NCBI GenBank assembly: GCA_965222115.1
Contig: CBDCTJ010000007.1
Span: 2,272,001 to 2,336,000 of the forward strand
Direction: 5' to 3'
From: Planctomycetota bacterium
GTDB lineage: Bacteria; Planctomycetota; PLA2; JAEUHO01
Length of the DNA: 64,000 bases
In this document: piece by piece, positions 49,501-59,241 of the stretch
Layout: the number at the start of each line of letters is the position of its first letter
Numbering within the stretch: the stretch's first letter is position 1
Notes under the pieces: model-generated
The model's input: the letters and a program-made list of their open reading frames with translations, nothing else
The model's database searches: none
What the model was told of the DNA's origin: nothing
Made by a program: the position numbers and the translations under genes

Positions 49501-49762
49501 CGCCTTCAAAGACCTCGGCGCGAATCTCCTCTACGCCAACGACATCTTCGATTTCACGCTCGATGCGGCGCGTGACGCTGCGTTCGATTTCCTCCGGTGT
49601 GGCACCTGGGTACGCAACGGTGATGAGAATCTGCTCGGCTTCAATGTTTGGAAAAAACTCCCGCAGGAGCTTGAACCAACACACGACGCCGCCTAGCAGG
49701 ATGCCCACCATAATGAGGTTGACGGCAACCGGGTTGCGAACCGAAAACCGTGGGATATTCAT
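46571..49762 (-). CDS. RND efflux permease (AcrB/AcrD/AcrF family)
   Basis: 1063 aa with YPGATPEEIE, GLIVDDAIVIGENI, GIVVNDGLILVD and RAILLTSITT motifs. Confidence 0.95.
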   Translation of the reverse strand: MNIPRFSVRNPVAVNLIMVGILLGGVVCWFKLLREFFPNIEAEQILITVAYPGATPEEIERSVTRRIEREIEDVVGVEEIRAEVFEGVTLIVGKVDDGADRAQVLEDMRAELDKVKPDLPDGAEEPEIVEQRPYIPAIAVVVHGDVSEERLRAISEEVQDDLLELPEVTELVVTGSREREYHITLRPEMLEQYGLTFETVGRVLRALNEDVPGGQLKGLTSNVRVRTLGESRTVAELEEKVVVTRPDGTAVLLRDIADIQPAFEDVVARGRFASKRAISINVFKSPEQDAIKISDQVTAYVKNNPTKLGGAVKLSVTTDLSRFIRQRLDLMTRNALAGFILLLIALAVFLELRIALWVAIGLVVSFMGTFILMYAFGASINLISMFGLIVVLGLIVDDAIVIGENIFRRRRQGLAPLAAAELGAREVTWPVIAAVSTTIAAFLPLMFIEGRMGAFLGVLPVVVIAALSVSLIEGFLILPGHLAHGNKTTRKDATGLRGFFHRFGEARHRIFEVIIPNALEGLVRFALRWRYVTVALVTSLLMASAGLVAGGIVPFVLLQDTDAETVTARLEMAAGTPEAETVRTLAAIERLVSKQPEVQTVFTVVGASFNDRGKEIANDPATVGQVTMELVPAEDRESKGLRVSGVLLSDLRKQSSEFAGVERLSWKALGGGPQGPDIEIQVRCDEPETLRRAVVHVSKLVRSFDGVEELYDDLQLGKLEARIRLRPDARILGVTTTGLAIQLRNALFGFEAQDLQVGRDEVTVRVMLPERYRQNLDDLGEIRVQLPSGERTKLSEIATFTTERGYAALRRVDGKRTATVRAEVDTQKANVNEISKVLETKLATLGNEFRGASVRFEGEKKELQESLGSLRILFPLALLVIFMIIAIVFRSYVQPIIVMGVIPFSFVGAIGGHALLGYPFTLLSMIGSVALAGIVVNDGLILVDYVNRLRRSGMRTREALVQGARGRVRAILLTSITTCVGLAPLMLETSFQAQFLIPMAVSIVFGLAFATLLILVLIPCFYLIIEDQRANLRWAFGHSWQRDLPYDPALHIEDDLKVDDLGA

Positions 49763-51261
49763 CGCCCGCCGGGCTCCTTGGAAGGCGACGCCTTGGAAGC
49801 TGAAGCTTCCTCAGACATGACGCGGATCGTTGTGCCGTCATCGATGGACTCGAGGTTGGTCAGAATGACCTGTTCTCCCGGTTTGAGTCCGTCTTTAAGC
49901 AACACCGATCCAGGCAGGCTGCGCCAAATTTGAACACGTCGGCCTTCGACGGTGGCCACCTTTGACCCCTCGGTTGCATCCGCATCGCCTTCCGTTGCAT
50001 CTGAGGGCTTCGCAATAAACAATCGACCGGCAAGAAACGCTTGACGCGGTATCTGATACACATCGTCGAAGCGCTCGCCTTCGATCACAGCGCGAATGGG
50101 TTGCCCGGGTGCCAGTGGGTTCGTGGTGGGCGTGCCGGGTATCTCTACGTATACACGAAACGAACGTGCGCCTGCTTGAATCACGGGATCCTTACGCGTG
50201 ACCGTACCCTTGAACAATGCCTGCGGTGGATCACGCGTGTCGGCAGGATCAAAGAGCGAAACGTTGCTGCCCGGGCTTACGGCTCGGTAGCGACTGGCGG
50301 GCATCGCGATGGCCGCCTCGAGTGTGCTCATGTCGAGGACCGTAAAGAGGGGGGCGCCCACGCGCACCCATGATTCCTTTTGTGCGTCGCGCGACACGAC
50401 GACACCTTCGAAGGGTGCGCGCACCTTGCCGCGATCAATATTGCGCTGCGCGCTATCCAAGTCGTGACTGCGAACCGCCAACGCCGCCTTTGCGGCGCGC
50501 TCGGCTTGCAGATTATCGTCAAGTTGCGACTCAATGGTGACGACTTGCTGCTCGCGAGACTTCACGACACTGTGTTGACGATCCAAATCGCTGGGTGAAA
50601 GCGTGCGCGGCACGAGCTTTTGTATGCGCCGGTACTCGCGCCGTGCGGCGTCCGAGTCTTCACGCGCAAGTTTGAGGCGGCGCGTCATGCCTTCACGTTG
50701 AACGCCCAGTTTGGCGATCTCTGCTGTTTGGGCCGCGATCTCGCTCTTGAGTCGTGCCGACGCGATTTCGTAGTCCGTCGTGTCAAGCGTCACAAGCACC
50801 GGAAGCTTCTCGGCATTGCCGTTGGCATGGCCCTTTCGAACCGGGACGCCCACCTCGAGCCGTTCATCTACGTCTGCCGTGCGTGCGTTGATCTCCGCCG
50901 ACACTGTCGTTTGGTGAAGTGCGCGCACTTCGCCGTACCCTGTAATGGATTCCTGAACGTTTTCCTGCTTGGCATCCAAGGTGCGAACCAACACGGGAAT
51001 CAACTCGGCCCCGGCGGTCTTGGTCTGTTGCTTCTTCGCGGCGAGCATCTTAAAGACGGAAAAACCTACGAAGAGCAGTAGCCCAATCAATATCAAGCTG
51101 GTGATGAATCGGCGCGTGATGTCGGGTGACGAGTCGTCTCCGGACGTGGCTGCCGATGAAAGCGCGTCAAGCATCTCCGGCGACCGATTGTTGGTTGCGG
51201 AAGAAACGGATTCGTCAGGGGGAGGAGGCGGATTCACGGGCTTTTGATCCGGGGGAGACAC
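49759..51261 (-). CDS. RND efflux periplasmic adaptor (MFP)
   Basis: TM anchor, coiled coil, VRAPFEGVV and GLKPGEQVI. ATGA overlap with the permease. Confidence 0.88.
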   Translation of the reverse strand: MSPPDQKPVNPPPPPDESVSSATNNRSPEMLDALSSAATSGDDSSPDITRRFITSLILIGLLLFVGFSVFKMLAAKKQQTKTAGAELIPVLVRTLDAKQENVQESITGYGEVRALHQTTVSAEINARTADVDERLEVGVPVRKGHANGNAEKLPVLVTLDTTDYEIASARLKSEIAAQTAEIAKLGVQREGMTRRLKLAREDSDAARREYRRIQKLVPRTLSPSDLDRQHSVVKSREQQVVTIESQLDDNLQAERAAKAALAVRSHDLDSAQRNIDRGKVRAPFEGVVVSRDAQKESWVRVGAPLFTVLDMSTLEAAIAMPASRYRAVSPGSNVSLFDPADTRDPPQALFKGTVTRKDPVIQAGARSFRVYVEIPGTPTTNPLAPGQPIRAVIEGERFDDVYQIPRQAFLAGRLFIAKPSDATEGDADATEGSKVATVEGRRVQIWRSLPGSVLLKDGLKPGEQVILTNLESIDDGTTIRVMSEEASASKASPSKEPGGR

Positions 51262-51380
51262 GGCAGGTCGGTTGAACCGAGGCGAGCGATGCCATGGTAC
51301 GTCTGCGTGCCGGGCGCACGCCGGGCTTTCAGTCAGGAATTCACCCGTTCATTGCGGCCCGTGGCGCCGGTCTCAGGCGA

Positions 51381-52454
51381 CTACCCGCGGGGCACGAACG
51401 AAACCGTGACGTGCATAATGGTCCAGTAGGGAAACGCTTCTCGCGAGAGCAGCGCATGGAAGCCCGCAAGTTGCGGATCGTTGCGAAAGCCGTAAGCCCA
51501 CACGATGCCCGCGGCGAGCAGCGCGAGCACGACCGCGCCATGCATTAGGTTGAATCCCATGCGAGAGCTTCGCCACCATGCCCAACTCTTGGGATTGGCT
51601 TTGCCCGCGGGTCGCGATGCAAGTTGACGATCCACGAATACGTACCACGCGGTGACATGCAACGTGACGATGGCGTACACACGCCCTGTAATCAGTATGT
51701 CGAATATGAGAATCAGGGGGACGGCCAGAAAGACGATCAATATCGGACGATACGTTCGCCCAAATGCTGCGAGTCCTCCTGGGAATGTCTTGTGGCAACG
51801 CCGCAAGGCCCAAATCGTCAGACCAAGCACGGTAAGGAACGCCGTTAGTGCAATCGCCGCCCGCGATGTCGTTGCGAGCCCGTGAAAGATGCCGTCGGTG
51901 TAGCGCCGTGCGCCGCCGATGCGAAATGCGGCGCCCACCAAAAACGTCGCCGCAATACCGCCGAATACGAGCAGCGGCACCGCCCAGAGAAAGGGTCGCG
52001 ACAGGGACTTGGGAACGCCCTCCGGTCCATCGCGGTTGGCGTGGAAGAAAAACATCTGGTCGCGGAAGTCGTGCACCATGAAGTAGCCGTAAAACAGCGC
52101 CGCGGCGAGTGCGCCCTGCAGCGCACCACCTGCGTGAAAGGCCCACGAAAGTAAGACGCCAACGCCCGCCAAACCCGCGAACCAAATCCACGACTTCAGG
52201 CGGCGAAAGGTGCGCGACGTCGCCATGTACACAATGGCGACAATGAAGTGTGCGAGCGCTAGGTAGCGCATCGACGTTTCCACGGCATGCCACACAAGCC
52301 GTTCGGGACGCGCTCGACCTGCGAGGGCGTTTTCCGTGGCGATGATGCCCAAAAAGAGCAGCGAACTTCCAATCACCAGTCCAAGCGCAACGAGCCAATT
52401 GCGTTCCGTCACGGTGGACAACAATCGCGTGGGGGTGGAGGCAACGCCCGTCAT
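51381..52454 (-). CDS. Polytopic membrane protein with conserved His residues
   Basis: About 9 TM segments, with LAHF, VHDFRD, LHVTAWY and MHVT motifs. Confidence 0.7.
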   Translation of the reverse strand: MTGVASTPTRLLSTVTERNWLVALGLVIGSSLLFLGIIATENALAGRARPERLVWHAVETSMRYLALAHFIVAIVYMATSRTFRRLKSWIWFAGLAGVGVLLSWAFHAGGALQGALAAALFYGYFMVHDFRDQMFFFHANRDGPEGVPKSLSRPFLWAVPLLVFGGIAATFLVGAAFRIGGARRYTDGIFHGLATTSRAAIALTAFLTVLGLTIWALRRCHKTFPGGLAAFGRTYRPILIVFLAVPLILIFDILITGRVYAIVTLHVTAWYVFVDRQLASRPAGKANPKSWAWWRSSRMGFNLMHGAVVLALLAAGIVWAYGFRNDPQLAGFHALLSREAFPYWTIMHVTVSFVPRG

Positions 52455-52568
52455 GGAAGAAAACCTATCGCGACCCGGGTGGCGACCGTATTCATTTCGG
52501 CGCTATTCCGTGCTGGGGAACGTAGAATGCTCCATCGCCGGCGAACGTCGGTCGCAAAGGAGTCCGTC

Positions 52569-52805
52569 ATGCGCGTAAGCCTCAAGTTCTGCAGCATGTG
52601 AAACTATGAGCCTCAGGCCGTCAGTTTGACGACCCTCTTGCTCGAAAATCTCAAGCAGGGCATTTCAAGCTTTGAACTGATACCCGACGGCGGTGGGTGT
52701 TTCGAACTTACGGTGGACGGAAAGCTGATCTACTCCAAGTTGGAAACGGGTGAGTTTCCTGACGAGAAGAAGATTCTGAAGTCGCTGGCGGCCAGAGTTT
52801 CCTAG
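52569..52805 (+). CDS. SelT/SelW/SelH (Rdx) family selenoprotein, CxxU
   Basis: AAAGGAG SD, then MRVSLKFCSM-U(TGA 52599)-NYEPQAVSL...LIPDGGGCFELTVDGKLIYSKLETGEFPDE, ending at TAG 52803-52805. Confidence 0.92.
52616..52634 (+). promoter_or_regulatory. SECIS-like hairpin of the Rdx selenoprotein
   Basis: GGCCGTCA-GTT-TGACGACC stem (one mismatch) with a G-first loop, 14 nt after the TGA. Confidence 0.65.
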
Positions 52806-52869
52806 CCGTATTGCGCGGTCAGATAGATTCTCGACCGGTTACGGGCGAAGGGGAGCCGATGCCCAGCCA

Positions 52870-53511
52870 TTGGACGCAGTGAGTCGAACGTTGGCCTATC
52901 CCTGTCAAGACTGTGGGCGTACGTTGCGCGGCGGTGTGCCCGGTCGTGTGCTCGCCTGTGCTCACTGCGGCAGTCCGGTTGTTGTGCCGCATCACCATGA
53001 GCGAGGCGACGGCGATTCGATCCGTCCGTTGGGCGCGACCGAATCAGTTAAAACCAAAGCATCACAAACCAACGCATCACAAACCAAACGTGCCGTGAAT
53101 ACGTCTGCGACCCGCAAGCCCGCGCGGGCCCCGTCAACGGGCGTTCCGTGGGTGAAGGTCGCCCTCGTTGCCATCGTGTTGACCGCCGTCCATGCTTTCA
53201 TCTACCGCGCGGCGACCAAGGACGCGCGACGTGAGATTGAAGCCATCGAACGCACGCACGACTCGGCTTCGCTCGCAGGGGCGAAGCATCCCGGCGGGGC
53301 ACCGCAGCCGGACACACCAACGTTTGCTACGTGGCGCGAGCAGATGGAGCGATTTGAGGCCCACGAACATCTGGCAAGTAAGCGCAACTACGTATCGCTG
53401 ATGCGCAGCGCGCTGCTTGCGTCCTTGTTAATTCAGCTTGGGCTTATCGCCTGGATGCTTGCGCGCTTTACTCGTGCCCCACGCTCTCGAACGTCGCGCA
53501 CGAATCGATGA
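52870..53511 (+). CDS. Zinc-ribbon membrane protein
   Basis: CQDC...CAHC and two TM segments. Confidence 0.65.
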   Translation: MDAVSRTLAYPCQDCGRTLRGGVPGRVLACAHCGSPVVVPHHHERGDGDSIRPLGATESVKTKASQTNASQTKRAVNTSATRKPARAPSTGVPWVKVALVAIVLTAVHAFIYRAATKDARREIEAIERTHDSASLAGAKHPGGAPQPDTPTFATWREQMERFEAHEHLASKRNYVSLMRSALLASLLIQLGLIAWMLARFTRAPRSRTSRTNR

Positions 53512-53600
53512 TCCACGTCACTCGGTGTCGTTCATCGTCTGAGCGTTCATGGTCTTCGCGTTAATCTTCTTAGCCATGCGCCTGTTCTGACGAGTCCGGG

Positions 53601-54035
53601 CTAGGCTTTGACTTCCTTCGTAGCCTCTTCGGTTCCGGCATCGTCGTTTTCCGAATCTTTGTTTTCTGGGGGCGTTCCGCGTTCAAGGACATGGCCTTCG
53701 ACATCGACCGAACCCGGTTCGCTGTCCCAAATGAAGTCGGCGATGTCGCCCGTGACCCCTGTCTGTAGGTGCTGAAGAAATTGGCGGCGCGCCTCGTGAT
53801 CGCGGAACTTGGCTTGGCCCCGATTACGCGTTCCTGGATGGGGGAAGATGGGGACGTCGATGGGGATTGACTCGTAGTACTTGCCACCTTCGTCCACGTA
53901 GTGCTCGGCGTGAATGCGCAGAGTCAATGGACCGCCGAGCTCTTCCAGCATCGAGCGTTCCTTGCCGTCGGGTGCGATTTCCCAACGGAGAAACAAGTGG
54001 CTCGTATCTTCACCGAGGACGACTTCTGCACGCAT
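53601..54035 (-). CDS. Hypothetical protein
   Basis: Acidic protein-like ORF downstream of the TPR gene. Confidence 0.55.
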   Translation of the reverse strand: MRAEVVLGEDTSHLFLRWEIAPDGKERSMLEELGGPLTLRIHAEHYVDEGGKYYESIPIDVPIFPHPGTRNRGQAKFRDHEARRQFLQHLQTGVTGDIADFIWDSEPGSVDVEGHVLERGTPPENKDSENDDAGTEEATKEVKA

Positions 54036-54116
54036 GCGGGGAGCCTATCGCAAATGTCCGTGGATGCCAGTGCGGTGTCTGCCCGCGACGTTCTCCGTGG
54101 CCGCGACTGCGGGGTG

Positions 54117-55409
54117 CTACGAACAGCCGTTGAATCCGAACCGTCGAACCCGTTCCTTTAGCACCGCATCGCGCTTCTTTTTCGAGGTCCGAATGTAGGC
54201 CTTCCACGCCTCAAGTGGCGCTCGCCACGCCTTTTCTGCCGCGGCCTTCCTTTCTGCGTCCTCATCATCATTGGGTGGCGGCGGATAAAGTTCGTGAATC
54301 TGAATGAGTCGCTCCAGCGATTCGATACAGATCGGATCGGCCTTGTGGGCTTTTCGAAAGTGAGGCTCGGCTTCGTACGGCTTCTCCTCAACGTCCAACA
54401 GGATGTCCCCGAGCCAGCGGTGGCCTTGCGATGCGGTTGGTTCCAACTTGATGTACGTGCGAATCATTCGCTTGGCTCGCGCAAGCATCTCAGCTTGTTT
54501 GACTTCATCCTTTATCGATTCGCTGAGGTAACGGAGGCAGTTGCCCAGTCGAAGATAGGCCAAGCGCATCTGTTGGGGCTCGCCCATGGAACGTTTCCCC
54601 TGTTCCCAGTGCTTGATAGCGTCCTCGTAGCCTGCGGCCGCCTCCTTGTATTTGTTCTGTGCACCCGCACAGAGGGCGTATTCCAGGTGGTATCGCGGAT
54701 CAAAGGGGAACTGCGTTCGAAGCTCTAGAAATATCGACTCCGCGTCCGCATGACGCGCACCCGAGCGATAGGCCGTGGCTTGATTCCACATGGCGGCGGC
54801 GCGCTTGCGCGTATCGCGAAGTCGCTTGGCAACTTCTTTCGCGGCGCCAAACTGTTTCGCCGCTGCGTGTGGATCAGCTCGATGTGCGGCCAAATACTGG
54901 CGCCCCATTGCACTAAATGCTTCGTACAGCAGATTGTCGCGAGCCTGGGCATTGGCACGTGGATTGGCGTGCCGCGCACGGGTCAAATGGAGTGCAGCCT
55001 GGTCCGGGCGACCATCCGCATACAGCGACGCGAAACCCAGGAGGAAGAGCACGTCCGGGTGTTGATCCGCGCGCGGTGTTGCAGACCGTAGGCGAGCAAT
55101 CCATCGATGCGCGCGCTTGGCCGATCCCGCAAGTGCCGCCGCTTGGCCGCCGCCCAAGAGCGCCGCTCGGTGTGTCGGATGTTGATGAAACACGTCTTCG
55201 AACTGCCGCTCGGCCTGAACGGCCAATCGGGCCGCGCCCTTGGTGTCGCCGGCTTTGTGCTTTTGCTCTGCGAGGTTGAGGGCTGTCGCTGCACTGCGGA
55301 TTATGGCATCTAAGTCGGATCGCGCATTGACGGAAGCAGCCAAGGCGGATACACCAAGCAACACGGCGGCGGATTGGAGTGCGAGCGGTTTCAGGGTTGC
55401 CAACTTCAT
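54117..55409 (-). CDS. Secreted TPR-repeat protein
   Basis: Signal peptide and repeated TPR-like helices (AYLRLGNCL, GHRWLGDIL). Confidence 0.75.
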   Translation of the reverse strand: MKLATLKPLALQSAAVLLGVSALAASVNARSDLDAIIRSAATALNLAEQKHKAGDTKGAARLAVQAERQFEDVFHQHPTHRAALLGGGQAAALAGSAKRAHRWIARLRSATPRADQHPDVLFLLGFASLYADGRPDQAALHLTRARHANPRANAQARDNLLYEAFSAMGRQYLAAHRADPHAAAKQFGAAKEVAKRLRDTRKRAAAMWNQATAYRSGARHADAESIFLELRTQFPFDPRYHLEYALCAGAQNKYKEAAAGYEDAIKHWEQGKRSMGEPQQMRLAYLRLGNCLRYLSESIKDEVKQAEMLARAKRMIRTYIKLEPTASQGHRWLGDILLDVEEKPYEAEPHFRKAHKADPICIESLERLIQIHELYPPPPNDDEDAERKAAAEKAWRAPLEAWKAYIRTSKKKRDAVLKERVRRFGFNGCS

Positions 55410-55472
55410 GAAGTGCCTTTGATTCCGCCGTCAAGTGTGTCATGACCCAAGGCCCGAACCGGGTGGTCGAGA

Positions 55473-55997
55473 CTATTTCTTGGAATCGGTCGGCTCAGTG
55501 TTGGGTGCGTCCTGCGATTTTTCAGCCGACGTGCTCTCGGCCGCCATGTTTTCGGCAGACTTGGCAATCTCCACTACCAAACCGCGCATTGTCTCGTCTC
55601 GTATGCGACGGGAGAGGCTGCGCAGCACAGGGGCATGGGTCTTGGCGAGGACGCGAAGTGCCGCCGTGGACGCCTCGACCACCTCCGGACTCGATGAGCC
55701 GAGTTTCATGACCAGATCGCGAATGAACGCGACCGCGGCGGGCGATATGGGACGCTGTCCCGCGGGTTCGATTCGCGCGAGTGTGTTCGACTCCAATTCG
55801 TAAGGCTGGCCGCCGATCTCCACATGCACGCGACCGCGTGTGACGCGCTGGATTTTGCAGAGGAGGCGCTCCCCGCTTTCCAGCACCACGGCATCCGGCG
55901 CCTGTTCGCCTGCCCTGCCCTCGCGAACGGGTACCGCAATGAGGGCGGTGACCGCCGCAATGCTGACAAGGATCAAACGAATCGATGATCGGCTCAT
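55473..55997 (-). CDS. Secreted hypothetical protein
   Basis: Signal peptide and DAVVLESGERL motif. AGGAG SD. Confidence 0.65.
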   Translation of the reverse strand: MSRSSIRLILVSIAAVTALIAVPVREGRAGEQAPDAVVLESGERLLCKIQRVTRGRVHVEIGGQPYELESNTLARIEPAGQRPISPAAVAFIRDLVMKLGSSSPEVVEASTAALRVLAKTHAPVLRSLSRRIRDETMRGLVVEIAKSAENMAAESTSAEKSQDAPNTEPTDSKK

Positions 55998-56639
55998 GGC
56001 GAATCACTCCTATGCGACTCTTGAATCTTAGCCGCGTTCGAAATTGGGGACCATCTCCCCATACGTCGCGCGATATCGCCCACACTCCCGTGCCATTGAT
56101 TCGGGACGTTGGTGTAGCAGACCCGCACGATTGAGAGGCATGCGAACGATGCACAGTGCTCTCAATTTCATAAGCACCTTATTTATATGAGGTTACGAGC
56201 GCGCCGCGTCGAAATTCGGTGGAATGAGTTTTGCGAAAAACACACGACGCCCTCCGACGTTTGGATCGCTGATTGGCATTTGCCCGTCCGCGACCTCGTG
56301 GCGGGCAGAAAATGGCTACCTAACCAGCACCGCGAGCCGGGGCCGGTGGGTGCCGGCAGGTTTTTCCTTTTGAAGATTTCGCCTTTTGGCGATTTCGTCG
56401 CTCGGCCTGATTTTTCCATCCGGCTGGTGAATGTGGGCGCGATGCTTGCGACGCAGGCAGGCGCTCTCTATAAGTTTGGACGTCTCGTCCCGTAAGATAG
56501 GGCGAGTTGTCTGCCGGTGTTTCAACGTGCAGGTTTCAACGCACTCGAGTCCCTCGATCTCTCGATTTGAGCCTCGCGTGTGAGACGAAACCGCATTTGA
56601 CACCGTGGGTTTTGGGCGTGTTTAAGCGTCGGGAGAATT

Positions 56640-59111
56640 TTGATGCTCCGATCTTCGTTTGGGTCTGGTGAATCTCATATTTGGGATTCATGCATTCGGA
56701 ATGCGGCTGTCCTCGTAGCAATTGTGCTTGGGATTACGCTTTCGGCTTGTGGCGGAGGGGCCCCTGGTTCACCGTCCGATGAGCATGTGCAGGAGCCGGT
56801 GGTTCGAAACTTTTCGCCGTTTATGTCGCCCATTGATTTTTCGCAGGGCGCCGGACAGCAGTTTCCCACGTACACCGATTCCGCGTTGACGATCTCTACG
56901 GACCCCAACTATCCGGGCAAGATCGTCATCTACTTCAATAATGACACTGAGCTCGACCCGAACAGCATCTTCATCGCCGGGAATCCATTCCTCGGGGTGG
57001 ACCCATCCGTGCTGTTGTTCACCCATGAGATTCCTGGCGTGGGCAATGCGAAGGTCGACATCGATGCACGCGTGGAGGGCAATCGCATTATTCTTCAGCC
57101 CTTGCCAGGCTTGAATGGTGAATATGCCACACCCGATGGAAGTGGTGGCTACAACACCAATCTTCCCGAGGGCCAGTTCACGGTCGGTATCTTTAAGAAC
57201 TTGAAGAACTCGGCGGGCAAGGATCTGCGTGATGCGCCGGTGTTCCACACGTTCTTTGTAGGCACACTCGACACGGTTCGTCCAACGGTGATCAACAAGT
57301 CGCCAGGCGATGGTGAACTCGGCGTAGGGGCGAGCGTTCCGCCGCCGGCCGCGCCTCCCGGTCTTCCCCCGAGCGCCTATGTCAATGTTACGGGCAGCAT
57401 TTTCGGGGACGTCTCGCCGGATATCGTTGTTCGCTTTAGTGAACCGATTTCAGCCACCAGCGTCTCCTCTAACAACATGATCGTTGACTTCACTGCGCAG
57501 GGCATAGGGACAGTGACCATCGCGCCCGCATTTGGCTACCCCATTCTAAAGAGTTCGCTGCAGCAGGCCACGTTGCCTTCCAATGGACACGAACTCGTAT
57601 TCCGTCCCGATTACTCCAATGGTGGGTACCCCTTTGGTCGTCAGATTCGCGTACGTGTATTGGGACTCTTCGATTTGGACCCCGATACGGGGCTGCCAAC
57701 GAATCCCAATTATCCCGACGAGACGCAGGCGGATAACTCAAGCCCCATCAAGGACTTGTCGGGCAACTCGTTGTTGCACACCGAGGAGTGGACGTTCCAG
57801 ACCATCGCACCTCCGGATCTTCCGGAGAACCCGTATCCCGAGGATCAGGTGTGGTTCTCCGCCACAGACCGCGTAGGTGTGATTGACACAATCAACTACC
57901 CAGACTTCATTAGGGCATCAAATGGCACGCCGTTCCCACAGGGTATCCCCCGCAATGTCTTGCCCCAGTTCACCGACACGATCGCAACCGACGTAACCAT
58001 CCCCAACTTTGACCCCAAGGAGATCAATGTTGACCGTCGTATTGGTAGCAACTGCCACAGCTATGCCTACGTGCAGTCGGAGAACACTGGGCAGATCGTG
58101 ATTGTCAACACGCGAGATTCGATTCCCGTGGCGCTCATCAACACACCCACGCCGGGTGGGTTGACGGTGTACAACGGCGCGGTGAACTCACTGATCGTGA
58201 CGAACAGCTCTGCAAATACGATTTCGTTGTTTGAGATTGGCGCGCTCAATGTGGGACAACAGTTCCTTTCGGGTGCCATTTACGTAAACCGCGTGATCCC
58301 AACCGGTAACTCGCCCAGCTCCATCACCGTTACCGCCGGAGGATCGTTGCGACGTGACCGTTTGCAATCTGGTCCCGCGACCCCAATTATCATGTGGATT
58401 GACCGACTCGATGGAACGGTCAACACGGCCAACTTCACTTCGGAAGGCGCGATCAAGACATTTACGTTTGGTGCCGATACGCCACCCAATGACGTATCGT
58501 GGACGCCGTGTTTCGGCCCCCCCGCGATACCGCCGATCATGTATGCGGCGATCTCGCAGAGTGGTCCGATTCTTGAGGGTAAGGTTGCGTTCTACATCGC
58601 GGGCCCCGGGTGCTCCACGGGTGCACAAACGGTGAATCGCCCCGATGCGATCGTGGGTGACCTTGGAGGGTTTGATAGCCCGGCAGGTCTCGACAATATT
58701 TGGCCGAACTTCAACACGCCGGCCTACTTCTTGGTCGCAGAGTCTGGGTCGTTGGGCAATCGCGTCACGTCGATTCAGCCCGGCTTGAGCGGCTCGCTGC
58801 CCGAGGTATTGGTGCAGTACAACAATGTGGGCGCGAACCCATCGACCGTTGCACACGTGCCAGGCGTTCCGTTCGGCATTACAGTTCCCAACCCACCTCC
58901 TGGATGTATTTACGACGGTTTCATTATGCCGCTTCCTCCGGGGACCTTCACGCCGGCATTTACCAATAATCACAATGACATCTACGTGGGTGCCACGGGC
59001 GGAGGTGTTGTGACGCAGGGCAACATTACGACGGGCTTTAGTCCGGCGTTCCAGTGGAGCCCCATACCGATCTCTGGCTTGCGCGGGATTTATACGACAT
59101 CGAGTCAGTAG
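56640..59111 (+). CDS. Large surface lipoprotein with Ig-like domains and a beta-propeller-like C-terminus
   Basis: LSAC lipobox, DTVRPTVINKSP, VVRFSEPI, IKDLSGN and repeated beta-strand motifs. The start may lie downstream. Confidence 0.7.
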   Translation: MMLRSSFGSGESHIWDSCIRNAAVLVAIVLGITLSACGGGAPGSPSDEHVQEPVVRNFSPFMSPIDFSQGAGQQFPTYTDSALTISTDPNYPGKIVIYFNNDTELDPNSIFIAGNPFLGVDPSVLLFTHEIPGVGNAKVDIDARVEGNRIILQPLPGLNGEYATPDGSGGYNTNLPEGQFTVGIFKNLKNSAGKDLRDAPVFHTFFVGTLDTVRPTVINKSPGDGELGVGASVPPPAAPPGLPPSAYVNVTGSIFGDVSPDIVVRFSEPISATSVSSNNMIVDFTAQGIGTVTIAPAFGYPILKSSLQQATLPSNGHELVFRPDYSNGGYPFGRQIRVRVLGLFDLDPDTGLPTNPNYPDETQADNSSPIKDLSGNSLLHTEEWTFQTIAPPDLPENPYPEDQVWFSATDRVGVIDTINYPDFIRASNGTPFPQGIPRNVLPQFTDTIATDVTIPNFDPKEINVDRRIGSNCHSYAYVQSENTGQIVIVNTRDSIPVALINTPTPGGLTVYNGAVNSLIVTNSSANTISLFEIGALNVGQQFLSGAIYVNRVIPTGNSPSSITVTAGGSLRRDRLQSGPATPIIMWIDRLDGTVNTANFTSEGAIKTFTFGADTPPNDVSWTPCFGPPAIPPIMYAAISQSGPILEGKVAFYIAGPGCSTGAQTVNRPDAIVGDLGGFDSPAGLDNIWPNFNTPAYFLVAESGSLGNRVTSIQPGLSGSLPEVLVQYNNVGANPSTVAHVPGVPFGITVPNPPPGCIYDGFIMPLPPGTFTPAFTNNHNDIYVGATGGGVVTQGNITTGFSPAFQWSPIPISGLRGIYTTSSQ

Positions 59112-59113
59112 CG

Positions 59114-59173
59114 CCGCCTCTATTGAAACCGCGTCTATTGAAACCGCGTCTATTGAAACCGCGTCTATTGAAA
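59114..59173 (+). repeat. 15-bp tandem repeat x4 (CCGCGTCTATTGAAA)
   Basis: Read directly from the sequence. The first copy has one mismatch. Confidence 0.9.
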
Positions 59174-59178
59174 TACAT

Positions 59179-59204
59179 GGGCCGCGCACGAATCTGCGCG
59201 GCCC
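59179..59204. terminator. Hairpin between convergent genes
   Basis: GGGCCGCGCA-CGAATC-TGCGCGGCCC. Confidence 0.65.
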
Positions 59205-59241
59205 CTTCCATTTTCGCCCGTGTTCGAGAGATTCCCGCCGA

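Noticed and set aside
59114-59173. Mini-CRISPR array
   Set aside because: The 15-bp units are directly adjacent, too short and spacerless.
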